Of a stretch of 64,000 nt of DNA, positions 27,690 through 37,295 are shown piece after piece. The stretch's first letter is position 1; each line of letters opens with the position of its first letter. The DNA comes from an uncultured Verrucomicrobiota bacterium. Lineage in GTDB: Bacteria > Verrucomicrobiota > Verrucomicrobiia > Limisphaerales > UBA1319. Below the pieces are notes generated by a model that had not been told where the DNA came from, did no database searches, and worked only from the letters and a program-made list of their open reading frames with translations. Both the position numbers and the translations under genes were made by a program. The stretch spans positions 25,229-89,228 of the forward strand of contig CAZIDG010000002.1 of assembly GCA_964538065.1 (NCBI GenBank). The letters run 5' to 3'.

Positions 27690-29144
27690 CTAAAAGGTCT
27701 GACTCTTGGATGCTGTTGGGTTGGGAGTGGAAGGGGCAACAGATCCCCAGAGAATTCCCATCATGGCAAATGCAGTCCAGGATATGGCGGGTATATACAA
27801 TCCGAATTCAACGCATCCGTGGAGCAAAAAACCCAAAATTCCAAGCCATATTGCAAAAACGGCAGCGTCAAAGTTGCTCATAATCCTTCGATACAGCAAA
27901 ACCATGGTCGAGCATACAAATCCAAGGTAGAGGACGAATCCTGGGATGCCAGAATCGCTGCCTTGCTCGAGATAATCGTTATGGACGAGCCGAGCCATTT
28001 CAGCTTCTGGCGCTTTTAGCTGCCCATAGGGGATGGAAAAGGTACCTGGACCCGTTCCAAAGAGGGGCTTTTGCTGGATGATTTGAACGGCTGCCCGCCA
28101 ATAATCCAGGCGCGCACCCACGCTTGTGGCTCCCTGTTGAAAGTAATGACTAAAACGCACGGTAAAGCCTGTGAGGCCAATAACCAGTAACGTGCTGACG
28201 AACAACCATTTGAGCCGGGATGAAAACTTAAGATGAAGTATGGCCACAGCGATAACGATCAACGCAATCAACCAGCCGGATTTGGAGCCGGACCAAAACA
28301 GACAGGCCAATCCCGCATAGAGTAGCACACCTGTTGCAACTCCCCGGAAAATGGAACTTTCGCCGACCTGCATTCGCCATGACAGGACCGTCAGAGCGGG
28401 TAAAACCAAGAGAATCAATGTTGCCAGGGCATTGGGATACACCAAGGTGGCGAAGATCCTTCCAGTTGAAATGCGAATCAGGAACTCGCGAGACATTTGC
28501 TGCCAATTGGGCTGCTCATAAATCCACTTCTGCGTGGCCTCCAAACCACCATAGTGCTGGCCAAAACCATGCCAGAGCACCAGAATGAAACCGGGAAGGA
28601 TGCCCAGAAGAACATATTTCGTAAGTAACTTATCATTAAATACATACGAACATATGAGCAACATCAGCACACAAAGGGTCAGATGTGTAAGGGTTAATCG
28701 GGTCAGGAAGGTATCAACGGTAAAAACAGAAGCCAGCCATTGCCACCCAAGCCATCCCACCGCGGCTATGATGGGCAAGGAAAGAAGGGATTTACGCCAT
28801 TGGCCCAAGACCAAGCCAAGAACGATTATTGTGATGATGAAACCGTAAGCCTGGGAGATGGACCACGGAGCAAACAGGTTTTCAAGAAAACCTTGTTGAA
28901 CGGTGGCATCACCCCCAGCACCGGTCACTGCTAATTGTGGCTCCAGACTCAGCAGTGCTTCTGAGGGGGCATTGAGATACCGGTCCAGGATGACTGGATT
29001 CCCAAATTTGAGGAATGAAAACCCCAAAAACAACCCAATAACCACCGCATACAACTTGTAAAACCAATTGGGAATAAAGGATTTAAAAGTAAGATTGCTG
29101 ACTTTTGCCGCAGAACTGCCCACTGGTTTTGAAGAAGGAGGCAT
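27690..29144 (-). CDS. O-antigen ligase / polymerase-like polytopic membrane protein (Wzy_C-type)
   Basis: 484 aa with at least 10 hydrophobic helices. Has the loop ARLDYWRAAVQIIQQKPLFGTGPGTF ... HNDYLEQGSDSGIPG typical of the O-antigen ligase family. Confidence 0.7.
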   Translation of the reverse strand: MPPSSKPVGSSAAKVSNLTFKSFIPNWFYKLYAVVIGLFLGFSFLKFGNPVILDRYLNAPSEALLSLEPQLAVTGAGGDATVQQGFLENLFAPWSISQAYGFIITIIVLGLVLGQWRKSLLSLPIIAAVGWLGWQWLASVFTVDTFLTRLTLTHLTLCVLMLLICSYVFNDKLLTKYVLLGILPGFILVLWHGFGQHYGGLEATQKWIYEQPNWQQMSREFLIRISTGRIFATLVYPNALATLILLVLPALTVLSWRMQVGESSIFRGVATGVLLYAGLACLFWSGSKSGWLIALIVIAVAILHLKFSSRLKWLFVSTLLVIGLTGFTVRFSHYFQQGATSVGARLDYWRAAVQIIQQKPLFGTGPGTFSIPYGQLKAPEAEMARLVHNDYLEQGSDSGIPGFVLYLGFVCSTMVLLYRRIMSNFDAAVFAIWLGILGFLLHGCVEFGLYIPAISWTAFAMMGILWGSVAPSTPNPTASKSQTF

Positions 29145-29149
29145 AGATG

Positions 29150-30184
29150 CTATAAATGGAGTTTTAACAAGCCAACTTCAATAGCCAATGCTTCTTGCAC
29201 ATTGGTTTCCAACAGCTTGCGTGTCTTTTCAAACATTTGCAGGTTCTCCAAAGCCTGTTCCGAACTCAAAGAATTGGCGACTTGGGCTGTCGATTCGGCC
29301 AGTTCCACAAAATGAAGGGATTCAGTGGGTTCGCTCAAAGTCAGCATCCATACATCGCGAAGCCAGTGCTGGATGAGTCCAAGAGACAGGGTGCGTCGAC
29401 GTCGGTATTCTGCTTCAATGGCTGCGGTTAATTCCTCTTCCCATTTGGTGCGCAGGGATGCGTCCACTTCATCGTATTTTTCCAATGGAGACTTTTCTGT
29501 AAGTGCTGTCTCGATCTCCTGGCGCTGGAGGGCCAGTTGTTTCATCAAGACGCCGAGCATTTTATAGCGCACCAACAAATTCTTTGGGGTAACCAGAGCA
29601 GCCTCGCAAAAGGCACGCAACCATTGAAGATCATTCTGGTTGAGGGTGGTTTGCAAGTTTTCTCCAAGGTTCAAACGCAAACACCTTGAGAGGATGGTTT
29701 CCAGCAATCGCCCTGGTTCAGTGGAGAGAAGGATGAGGACTGAACTGGGGGGTGGCTCCTCTAATGTCTTTAGGAAAGCGTTGGCTGCCTGAATGTTAAG
29801 ACGATCAGCAGCCACGATAATCCCAGCCTTCCATCCCCCCTCGAGTGGTTTGAGATGGACCTCCTGCATCAATTCACGCATCTGATCAATGGTAATGATG
29901 CGTGACTTGGATTCCGGTCGAACCCAATGGACATCAGGGTGATTTCCCTCATTAATGCGTCGGCAGGAATTACAATGGTCACAACAATCAATGGGCAGAG
30001 AATTGCCGGGAACGCGGACCGGATTTTCGCAATTGAGCGTTTTGACCAGGATTGTTGCCAATGATTCCGCCAGATCACCATCACTTCCCGTGAATAGATA
30101 GGCATGAGCCAATCGGCCCCGTTCGAGGCTGCGTTGAAGCAGACCCGCACCATGCACTCGATCCTGGAATCCTGCAAAGGTCAT
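29150..30184 (-). CDS. holB: DNA polymerase III subunit delta-prime
   Basis: From the ATG at 30184 the N-terminus reads MTFAGFQDRVHGAGLLQRSLERGRLAHAYLFTG, the canonical HolB start. Has a Cys-rich Zn module (CCDHCNSCRRI) and the SRC sensor motif (ILSRCLRL). The longer ORF (to 30403) would overlap the upstream ATPase gene. ATG 30259 is a second alternative. Confidence 0.8.
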   Translation of the reverse strand: MTFAGFQDRVHGAGLLQRSLERGRLAHAYLFTGSDGDLAESLATILVKTLNCENPVRVPGNSLPIDCCDHCNSCRRINEGNHPDVHWVRPESKSRIITIDQMRELMQEVHLKPLEGGWKAGIIVAADRLNIQAANAFLKTLEEPPPSSVLILLSTEPGRLLETILSRCLRLNLGENLQTTLNQNDLQWLRAFCEAALVTPKNLLVRYKMLGVLMKQLALQRQEIETALTEKSPLEKYDEVDASLRTKWEEELTAAIEAEYRRRRTLSLGLIQHWLRDVWMLTLSEPTESLHFVELAESTAQVANSLSSEQALENLQMFEKTRKLLETNVQEALAIEVGLLKLHL

Positions 30185-30323
30185 GACTGCATTCAAGGTA
30201 GAACCAGCACGTTCCCGCTCCAAGCTTTTTATGGCAAGAGGCGACAAAATATGGGCCATTGTGACCCACTGCCAACAGCCGCAAACGATGGGATGGTCTT
30301 GGATGACGTGATGACACAGAATG

Positions 30324-31466
30324 TCATGCAGGGGACAATCGTTTGGATGTCCGGCCATCAAAGAAATGCAAATGCTCCATGGCGACAAAGGACGACACTT
30401 CATTCCAGGTCAGGTTCATCTGACGGAGCGGAACTTTGGCGTGAAAAGGGTGTCCCCCCAAGGTTGCAGCGATGACACCATGTTCGCCGCGCAAGCTCAC
30501 TGCATGGACCTCCAACGGCAGTTTTACATATGCTCCTGTTGGAGACGTCTTTTGCCACACAATGTCGTCAGGACGTATTCCCAGCACGACGGGATCGCTT
30601 TCTGAAAAGCCAGGAGGGAAGGAAGGTGCTGTGGGAAACCCTAGCAACAGGGAGGAACCCGTAGCCTTAGAGGGGGGAAAAAAGCGAAAGCCCGAATGAT
30701 TTCCATCCTGGACCACGGTTCCCGTCAGCAGATTCATGGATGGGGTGCCAAGGAATTGTGCGATGAAGGTGTTACAGGGGTGGAGATAGACTTCAATGGG
30801 ACGATCGATTTGTTCAAGGCGACCTTGATGCATCACTGCAAGATTGCCAGGAAACGACATTGCTTCAGATTGATCGTGAGTGACATAGACCATGGGGACA
30901 GCCGTTTCACGATGAATTTGGACGATTAATGCCCTCAATTCCTCACGGGCGGGGGCATCGAGGTTGGACAGGGGCTCATCCATCAGAAAGGCTTGCGGTT
31001 GGCGAATCATGGCCCGTCCAAGAGCGACACGTTGTTGCTGGCCCCCCGACAACTCCGAAGGCAAGCGATCAAGAAGATGATCGAGTCCCAATCGGGCTGA
31101 TATATCGGAAAGTCGCCGCTGGATGAGAGCGGGGGACGACTTTCGGAGTTTTAGAGGAAATTCGATGTTTTTACGAACGGTCAGGTGAGGATAGAGGGCT
31201 GGATCCTGGAAAACCATTGCAATATCGCGCTGCCCTGGAGGCAGAGCGGTAACAGGTTGGCCATGGATATTGATACATCCGGAGGTTGATTGTTCCAGAC
31301 CGGCGATGATTCTTAGCAGGGTGGTCTTCCCGGAACCACTGGGACCGACAATGGCCAGAAAGGCGCGCTCATCCAGGGAAAGCGATATGTCCTGAAGGGC
31401 TGGGACCGTTTGCCCATCGCTGCCCCGGAATGATTTGCTAAGGTTCTGCAACTCAATGGCGGCCAT
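30324..31466 (-). CDS. ABC transporter ATP-binding protein, MalK/UgpC/MsiK-like (carbohydrate importer ATPase)
   Basis: Start MAAIELQNLSKSF at the ATG at 31466. Walker A GPSGSGKTT, Q-loop, signature LSGGQQQRVALGRA, Walker B FLMDEPLSNLD, H-loop VTHDQ. C-terminal ~130-aa MalK-type regulatory (TOBE-like) domain. Confidence 0.9.
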   Translation of the reverse strand: MAAIELQNLSKSFRGSDGQTVPALQDISLSLDERAFLAIVGPSGSGKTTLLRIIAGLEQSTSGCINIHGQPVTALPPGQRDIAMVFQDPALYPHLTVRKNIEFPLKLRKSSPALIQRRLSDISARLGLDHLLDRLPSELSGGQQQRVALGRAMIRQPQAFLMDEPLSNLDAPAREELRALIVQIHRETAVPMVYVTHDQSEAMSFPGNLAVMHQGRLEQIDRPIEVYLHPCNTFIAQFLGTPSMNLLTGTVVQDGNHSGFRFFPPSKATGSSLLLGFPTAPSFPPGFSESDPVVLGIRPDDIVWQKTSPTGAYVKLPLEVHAVSLRGEHGVIAATLGGHPFHAKVPLRQMNLTWNEVSSFVAMEHLHFFDGRTSKRLSPA

Positions 31467-31583
31467 GCCGCTTACTCTGGGCCCGGGATTCACTGCTTGT
31501 CGAGGATGTAAATCAAGGACATGATGTGCCGTGCTTTGACAGTGGCAGGTCCCGATGTAATGTGCGTGTAAGATTCCAATGTT

Positions 31584-33368
31584 ATGAACAAGCTCCTGAA
31601 CGCCGTCACCTGTTCCGTTTTTTGTCTTATGTTTTCGATGGTGATTACTGAGGCTCAACCGATCATCATCAAACCGGAGACCTTTAAACCTCAGACTGGC
31701 ACAAGCATAAGTTCCATACGCGCCATCCAATCGATGCCAGGATCCATGGAGGCCACCGTGGTTATCCAGTACTCCTACGATGGATTGGCAGGGGCCACAG
31801 CCCACATCCTGCCCGTAATCGAAAAAAAGAGCCAAAAGGGTGTCTCTGCCTGGTTTGGCGCCAATGCACAAACCGTTGGCGCAGGTCGTGGCACTGTTTC
31901 CATCAAGGTGAGATATTTTGTTGACGAAGAAGGGGTTCCTTCGGAATTGACTACAGACCGCATCAAAGTACTGATTCTCAACCAGACTGGGAACGTGGTC
32001 CTATACAGTGAAACCCAGGGTAAAAAGATTCAGTGGGGCCATTTGACCGATGATAAATCAAAGACAGCCGAAACGGTAAAGAATGTTGACCGTGATGAGT
32101 CAACGAAGCCCTCCCAATCCACCCCAGGGGATAAAACAAAGAAACCCGAAAAAGACACCTCAACATCTTCGAAATCAACCGCCACTTCAAAGCCCATTTC
32201 ACCTGCAGAGGCCCCTTTAAAAACTGCAACAACACCAGAGGCGATCCAGACACACACAACCAAGGCAAAATCCGAGCCTGCATCTGTGGAACAGCCATCT
32301 GAGAAGGTGCCACCCGTTCAGAAAACTGCCGCCCCAATCATTCAGCCTGTTCCCGTCGAACCCTCAACAGCGCCAGCTCAGTTGAAGGAAGAATTGAAGC
32401 AGGAGAAAAACAAGGGACTTGAGACCATCTTGCCGCGCCCCACAACCGTTGAAACGAATAAAGCCCCAGCAGCACAAGGTGAGCCTTTGAAGGCGCAAGA
32501 CCGTACTCAGACAATGGTGAACAAGGAAGAATCCGGGAAAGAACTGGCCAAAGTGATACCGTCCCCGGCAGCCACTGCTGCAAGGGCAGACTCCATGGTC
32601 AAAAACGAGGAAGAACCAGTGGCCATGACCAAAGTATCACCGGGGACTCTGAAAACCCGCATCACGAATCTTGATGTTGTGAATCGTAGCCTGGATCGTT
32701 CAAAGGCAACTGTGGGAGTTGAATTTGAATACATGGATGATTTGTCAGATCCTGTGATGGGAGTTTATGTGTCACGCACAGGGGATGCGAAGTCACCAAA
32801 CTTCTTCAAAACGGCTCCTGTCGGAATCGGTAAATCTCGCCGGAATTTCATTCTGGTACCTGTGTCCTTTGACACCCAGGCGGCTCGTTTGGCGGAAGGG
32901 GAAGTTTACTATAGTGATCGCATGACGGTCTTTATCGAAGAGACCGTCAAACGGCGTCGATATGAGCTGTTTACCGCGACCATGCTGCTCAAGTGGTCAG
33001 CTTCAGGGACCAGTGGCAGTGGGTTGCCGGCAAACCCGACGACCCTTGAAATGGACGATCTCAAGCAAATCAATCCGGGAGCCGGTTATGTTACCATTCG
33101 ATACAACCATCCCAGTGGCGCATCGGTTTTGCATGTAAAAATTTATTCCTCCAGCAATCCTGCCACAGCCGATCTGTTAACCATTGAAGATCAGAAAGTA
33201 CCCGCGGGACGGAACCTGCAACTCGTGGAATATGCGTTGAAGCCCGATGCCAGGATTCCGTCAGATGGGCTTAAAATGGATACCCTGGAAATCGAATTAC
33301 GCGATGAGACAGGCAAGGTCATCAGCCAACTGCGGAAGGAAATTTCCATCACCTTGACCAGGCCATAG
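31584..33368 (+). CDS. Secreted hypothetical protein (594 aa): three copies of an unnamed ~95-aa domain and a ~200-aa low-complexity linker
   Basis: Signal peptide MNKLLNAVTCSVFCLMFSMVITEAQP. Domain copies at aa ~57-152, ~375-472 and ~500-592. K/P/T/E/A/S-rich linker at aa ~155-350. Confidence 0.8.
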   Translation: MNKLLNAVTCSVFCLMFSMVITEAQPIIIKPETFKPQTGTSISSIRAIQSMPGSMEATVVIQYSYDGLAGATAHILPVIEKKSQKGVSAWFGANAQTVGAGRGTVSIKVRYFVDEEGVPSELTTDRIKVLILNQTGNVVLYSETQGKKIQWGHLTDDKSKTAETVKNVDRDESTKPSQSTPGDKTKKPEKDTSTSSKSTATSKPISPAEAPLKTATTPEAIQTHTTKAKSEPASVEQPSEKVPPVQKTAAPIIQPVPVEPSTAPAQLKEELKQEKNKGLETILPRPTTVETNKAPAAQGEPLKAQDRTQTMVNKEESGKELAKVIPSPAATAARADSMVKNEEEPVAMTKVSPGTLKTRITNLDVVNRSLDRSKATVGVEFEYMDDLSDPVMGVYVSRTGDAKSPNFFKTAPVGIGKSRRNFILVPVSFDTQAARLAEGEVYYSDRMTVFIEETVKRRRYELFTATMLLKWSASGTSGSGLPANPTTLEMDDLKQINPGAGYVTIRYNHPSGASVLHVKIYSSSNPATADLLTIEDQKVPAGRNLQLVEYALKPDARIPSDGLKMDTLEIELRDETGKVISQLRKEISITLTRP

Positions 33369-33389
33369 CAACAGCGATCCAAGCCGGCT

Positions 33390-34361
33390 TTACATGAGCT
33401 TCAGCTTGGGCAGGTCCTGAGAATCAACAAGGCCAACGGGTTCGTTCCTGGCATTGACGACCAAAAGATCGTCGATATTGCGTTCATTAAAAATCTTCAA
33501 TGCTTCGACGGCCAGAGCATCTTCGCGGATGGAAATGGGGTTGGGCGTCATAACCTGGGATAGCGGTTCATTGAGAACGCCCAGGTTGGCTGACATGCGA
33601 CGACGCAAGTCCCCATCCGTGAACACCCCGGCCAGTTTTCCCTTTGCATCTGTAATGCAGACACTTCCGCATTTGGCATGGGTCATTAGCAGCAGGGCAT
33701 CCTTGACGGATGTAGTTAATGAAGTCGTGGCACACCGAGGACCCGAACGCATGATATCCCGCACCCGGTACAAAAGAGCTCGCCCGATCGATCCAGCAGG
33801 ATGGAGTTTGGCGAAATCACCCCGTTTGAACCCCCGAGCCTGCATCACGGCCATGGCAATTGCATCACCCATGGCCAGAGAGGCTGTGGTGCTGGCGGTG
33901 GGGGCCATGTTGAAGGGACAGGCCTCCTTCGGCACCTTTACGTTCAGCACAATGTCGCTATGCTTTGCGAGAGTGGACTTTACACTGCCCGTTAAGGCGA
34001 TGATATGGACCACAAATCTTTTGATGGCAGGGATAAGATTTATCAGCTCTTCGGATTCACCTGAATAGCTTAGAGCGAGAACGACATCCCCATCGTTTAT
34101 CATCCCCAAATCCCCATGCATGGCATCCACGCTGTTCAAGACAACACTGGGACACCCCGTACTGGTGAGCGTGGCGGCAATTTTACGGCCAATATGGCCG
34201 GATTTACCTATGCCAACGACAACAACTTTGGATCGTTGCTGCAGGGCAGTCACGATACAGTCCACGGCACTACTAAACGTTTCGTCCAACTGGTCGCGCA
34301 CAGCGGCCAGCGCGGCCATTTCGACATCAAACACTTCACGAGCACGAGCTAGATGACTCAC
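33390..34361 (-). CDS. KpsF/GutQ/KdsD-family arabinose-5-phosphate isomerase (SIS + 2 CBS)
   Basis: SIS motif VVVVGIGKSGHIGRKIAATL..GCPS, then SYSGESEEL, then a CBS pair (MTHAKCGSVCITDAKGKLAGVFTDGDLRR ... DDLLVVNARNEPVGLVDSQDL). Confidence 0.9.
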   Translation of the reverse strand: MSHLARAREVFDVEMAALAAVRDQLDETFSSAVDCIVTALQQRSKVVVVGIGKSGHIGRKIAATLTSTGCPSVVLNSVDAMHGDLGMINDGDVVLALSYSGESEELINLIPAIKRFVVHIIALTGSVKSTLAKHSDIVLNVKVPKEACPFNMAPTASTTASLAMGDAIAMAVMQARGFKRGDFAKLHPAGSIGRALLYRVRDIMRSGPRCATTSLTTSVKDALLLMTHAKCGSVCITDAKGKLAGVFTDGDLRRRMSANLGVLNEPLSQVMTPNPISIREDALAVEALKIFNERNIDDLLVVNARNEPVGLVDSQDLPKLKLM

Positions 34362-34469
34362 GGGCGTCAGGTTGCCACCAGGTTAGTCTTCATGCAATCC
34401 TGATTCAGCGCGGGGAAACAGCGATCTTTTTGCGTGCGGCGCAGATGAAATCCGGTACAAAGGAGACGC

Positions 34470-35363
34470 ATGGCGCAAATTTTCGATCAACTGCTGGAGG
34501 CCACGATTCAGCAGCTTAAAGAAATGAAGTCACGGGGAATACGTTATGTTCCGGTGACGGATGCAGCAAAGGCCCTGGGCACTGCTGTACCCGTCCGCCG
34601 TTCTCAACGAGCAAACGTTGCACCTTCACTTACTGGAAAGCCAGCAACCATTTCCGTCACTGCACCGGCTTCAACATTGAGTACAACCAACATGCCGAAA
34701 CCATCGTCCAGCACACCGTCCTCATCAGTTCCTGATCAGACCAACGACATCCTTGCTTTGCGTAAAAAGGTGGTTGTCTGTCAAAAATGCGCGCATTTGG
34801 TGCGTTCACGAAAATCCGTCGTATTTGGGGTGGGGGACCCGACATCGCCTCTCATGTTTATTGGCGAAGCTCCTGGTGCTGATGAAGATATACAAGGAGA
34901 ACCTTTTGTGGGAAAGGCCGGTCAATTGTTGACCAAAATCATACAGGCCATGGGATTTTCGCGGGAAACGGTGTATATAGCCAATATTTTAAAATGTCGT
35001 CCCGATACGCCGGGGCAATCCAGTGGAAACCGAAAGCCTACACCGGAGGAAATGCAGACGTGCATGCCGCACCTGCTCTCCCAGATAGATATTATCAAAC
35101 CCAAAGTTATTGTGGCGTTGGGGGTTACAGCAGTCGAGGGGCTTTTGGGGCGGCCTGTCAGCATTACCAAACTGCGTGGGCATTTCCAGGAATTTAGAGG
35201 CATTCCATTGATGCCGACGTATCATCCGGCATATCTATTACGCAACCAATCCATGGCCACCAAACGGGAGGTGTGGGAGGATATGCTGCAGGTTCTCGAG
35301 CGACTGGAATATCCGATTTCCGCGAAACAGCGTGGTTACTTTCTTCCCAAACCCCAGGAGTAG
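34470..35363 (+). CDS. Uracil-DNA glycosylase, family 4, with a ~105-aa N-terminal extension
   Basis: CQKCAHL Fe-S Cys pair, GEAPGADED motif, [16 protein letters not shown] and HPAYLLR. The N-terminal extension has a S/T/P-rich tract. Confidence 0.85.
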   Translation: MAQIFDQLLEATIQQLKEMKSRGIRYVPVTDAAKALGTAVPVRRSQRANVAPSLTGKPATISVTAPASTLSTTNMPKPSSSTPSSSVPDQTNDILALRKKVVVCQKCAHLVRSRKSVVFGVGDPTSPLMFIGEAPGADEDIQGEPFVGKAGQLLTKIIQAMGFSRETVYIANILKCRPDTPGQSSGNRKPTPEEMQTCMPHLLSQIDIIKPKVIVALGVTAVEGLLGRPVSITKLRGHFQEFRGIPLMPTYHPAYLLRNQSMATKREVWEDMLQVLERLEYPISAKQRGYFLPKPQE

Positions 35364-35423
35364 AAAGATTGTAACAAATTGCCCCTCATCGGGGTGTTTT
35401 ATCAAACCAGTAAGGATATACAT

Positions 35424-36224
35424 ATGGGTATGATGCATGAAGTGGATTATAAACTGTGTGGAGATGACATGCAGTTTGTGGAGGTGGAACTCGATCCGCA
35501 AGAGGCAGCGGTCGCTGAAGCCGGCGCCATGATGTACATGGAAGAGGGGATCGACATGGAAACGATCTTCGGCGACGGTTCTCAAGCCAACAGCGGTTTT
35601 TTGGGGGCACTGATGGGGGCTGGCAAGCGCCTGATCATGGGGGAATCGCTCTTTATGACCGTCTTCCAGAATCGTGGAGTCGGGAAGAAACGGGTTGCCT
35701 TTGGCGCACCATACCCAGGCAAGATCATCCCCATTCACCTGGCAGAGATAGGTGGGGAGCTCATCGCACAAAAGGATGCCTTTCTGTGCGCAGCCAAGGG
35801 CGTGAGCATAGGCATCGCCTTTCAGCGCAAAATTGGGGTTGGATTGTTTGGGGGTGAAGGCTTCATCATGGAGCGTTTGCAGGGTGATGGTTGGGCCTTC
35901 ATACATGCCGGCGGCACGCTCTATGAAAGGGAATTGGCACCTGGGGAAGTGCTACGAGTGGATACCGGCTGCGTTACCGCATTCCAGCCATCGATTCAAT
36001 TCGACATTCAATACGTGGGCAAAATCAAGTCCATGCTCTTTGGGGGCGAGGGCTTGTTTTTTGCTACCTTGCGTGGACCAGGTCGAGTTTGGCTCCAGTC
36101 GCTGCCTTTCAGCAGAATGGCAGATCGAATTGTTGCGGCAGCGCCTCGAGCGGGCGGTTCAAGCAGGGAAGAAGGATCCGTGTTGGGTGGACTGGGGCGC
36201 TTGATGGATGGCGATAATCATTAG
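35424..36224 (+). CDS. TIGR00266 / AIM24-family (DUF124) protein
   Basis: From the ATG at 35424 (AAGGA seven nt upstream): [40 protein letters not shown] ... [21 protein letters not shown], typical of this family. The longest ORF starts at TTG 35379. Confidence 0.8.
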   Translation: MGMMHEVDYKLCGDDMQFVEVELDPQEAAVAEAGAMMYMEEGIDMETIFGDGSQANSGFLGALMGAGKRLIMGESLFMTVFQNRGVGKKRVAFGAPYPGKIIPIHLAEIGGELIAQKDAFLCAAKGVSIGIAFQRKIGVGLFGGEGFIMERLQGDGWAFIHAGGTLYERELAPGEVLRVDTGCVTAFQPSIQFDIQYVGKIKSMLFGGEGLFFATLRGPGRVWLQSLPFSRMADRIVAAAPRAGGSSREEGSVLGGLGRLMDGDNH

Positions 36225-36229
36225 ATTGA

Positions 36230-37153
36230 TTGAAAATCCTGGTCATTCGTGGCGGAGCGTTGGGTGATTTCGTCCTGACGCTCCCGGTATTTGAAGCACT
36301 CAAGGTCCGTTTTCCCCATGCACAAATAGATGTGTTGGGCTATCCAAGGATAGCCGTCATGGCCCAATGGGGGGGCTGGGTATCGCAGATCTTTCCCATT
36401 GAACACCAGGACCTTGCCACATTTTTTACCGAGACAAACAGTCTGAATCCGGGATGGTGTGAACGGTTTGGCAGCTATGATCTTATTGTCTCGTATTGCT
36501 ATGATCCCGAAGGTGTTTTTCACAAGCGCTTACAGGAAGTAAGCCCGGCCACCTTGCTGCGTGGCAGACATCGGCCCGATGAAAAAGCCTCCATGCATGC
36601 CACAAAGGTGCTTCTCTCGCCCCTTGTTCACGTTGGGATTGAAAATCCGGATCCAGAGCCGCATTTGACCGTTCCCAATGGTGTTCACATAAATCCAGGG
36701 CCGGGATGTTGGCTTGCGACACATCCAGGGAGTGGAAGCACCCAGAAAAACTGGCCTATCGAGTGCTGGGACTCGTTGTTGAGAATGGTGTTGGACTCAA
36801 CAAAGTGGAACATACTCGTTTTAGGAGGGGAACCGGATCTACAACGCATTGAAACATTGCGACTGGGTTTGCCTAAACAACGCATCGTTTACGTTGTAAA
36901 TGAACCACTTGCAAATGTGGCGGCTTATTTGAAACAGTGCCACTTCTACCTGGGGCATGATTCGGGAATCAGTCACTTTGCTGCGGCTTTGGGGCTGGAG
37001 GGGATCGTGTTATGGGGACCGAGCAATCGCGAGGTATGGCACCCCTTGAGCAAGCGATTCAATGTCATCGAACATCCCGATGGGTTAATGCAACTGCCAG
37101 CAGCTCAAATATTTAAAACACTTTCTGAAAAGATCGAACACTTCAGTCGGTGA
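36230..37153 (+). CDS. Glycosyltransferase family 9 (heptosyltransferase-like)
   Basis: N-terminus MKILVIRGGALGDFVLTLPV and C-terminal HDSGISHFAAALG. TTG start 5 nt after the preceding stop. Confidence 0.8.
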   Translation: MKILVIRGGALGDFVLTLPVFEALKVRFPHAQIDVLGYPRIAVMAQWGGWVSQIFPIEHQDLATFFTETNSLNPGWCERFGSYDLIVSYCYDPEGVFHKRLQEVSPATLLRGRHRPDEKASMHATKVLLSPLVHVGIENPDPEPHLTVPNGVHINPGPGCWLATHPGSGSTQKNWPIECWDSLLRMVLDSTKWNILVLGGEPDLQRIETLRLGLPKQRIVYVVNEPLANVAAYLKQCHFYLGHDSGISHFAAALGLEGIVLWGPSNREVWHPLSKRFNVIEHPDGLMQLPAAQIFKTLSEKIEHFSR

Positions 37154-37163
37154 CGAAAACCAA

Positions 37164-37200
37164 AAAGCCGTCCATGTCCGCATTGATCATGGACGGCTTT
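37164..37200 (-). terminator. Rho-independent terminator of the Crp/Fnr-family gene (the hairpin also faces the GT9 gene)
   Basis: AAAGCCGTCCATG (37164-37176) pairs perfectly with CATGGACGGCTTT (37188-37200), with an 11-nt loop. On the minus strand the hairpin is followed by TTGGTTTTCGTCA, so together with the 3' arm's terminal TTT the sequence reads GGCTTTTTGGTTTT. Confidence 0.65.
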
Positions 37201-37295
37201 GACAACCCAAACCAAACTCAATTGCCCATTTGGACAATACTCATTACAGCATAAGATGTGGAAGCAAGTTGCATACCTTCGCAACATCGAGAAAA

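Noticed and set aside
31467-31871. 135-aa N-terminal extension of the ABC ATPase ORF (the track gives 30324-31871)
   Set aside because: The extension has no ABC features and overlaps the divergent 594-aa gene. The canonical N-terminus MAAIELQNLSKSF starts at the ATG at 31466.
35238-35906. 222-aa minus-strand ORF
   Set aside because: It is antisense to the UDG 3' end and the AIM24-family gene. It has no motif, and the sense-strand genes are well supported.
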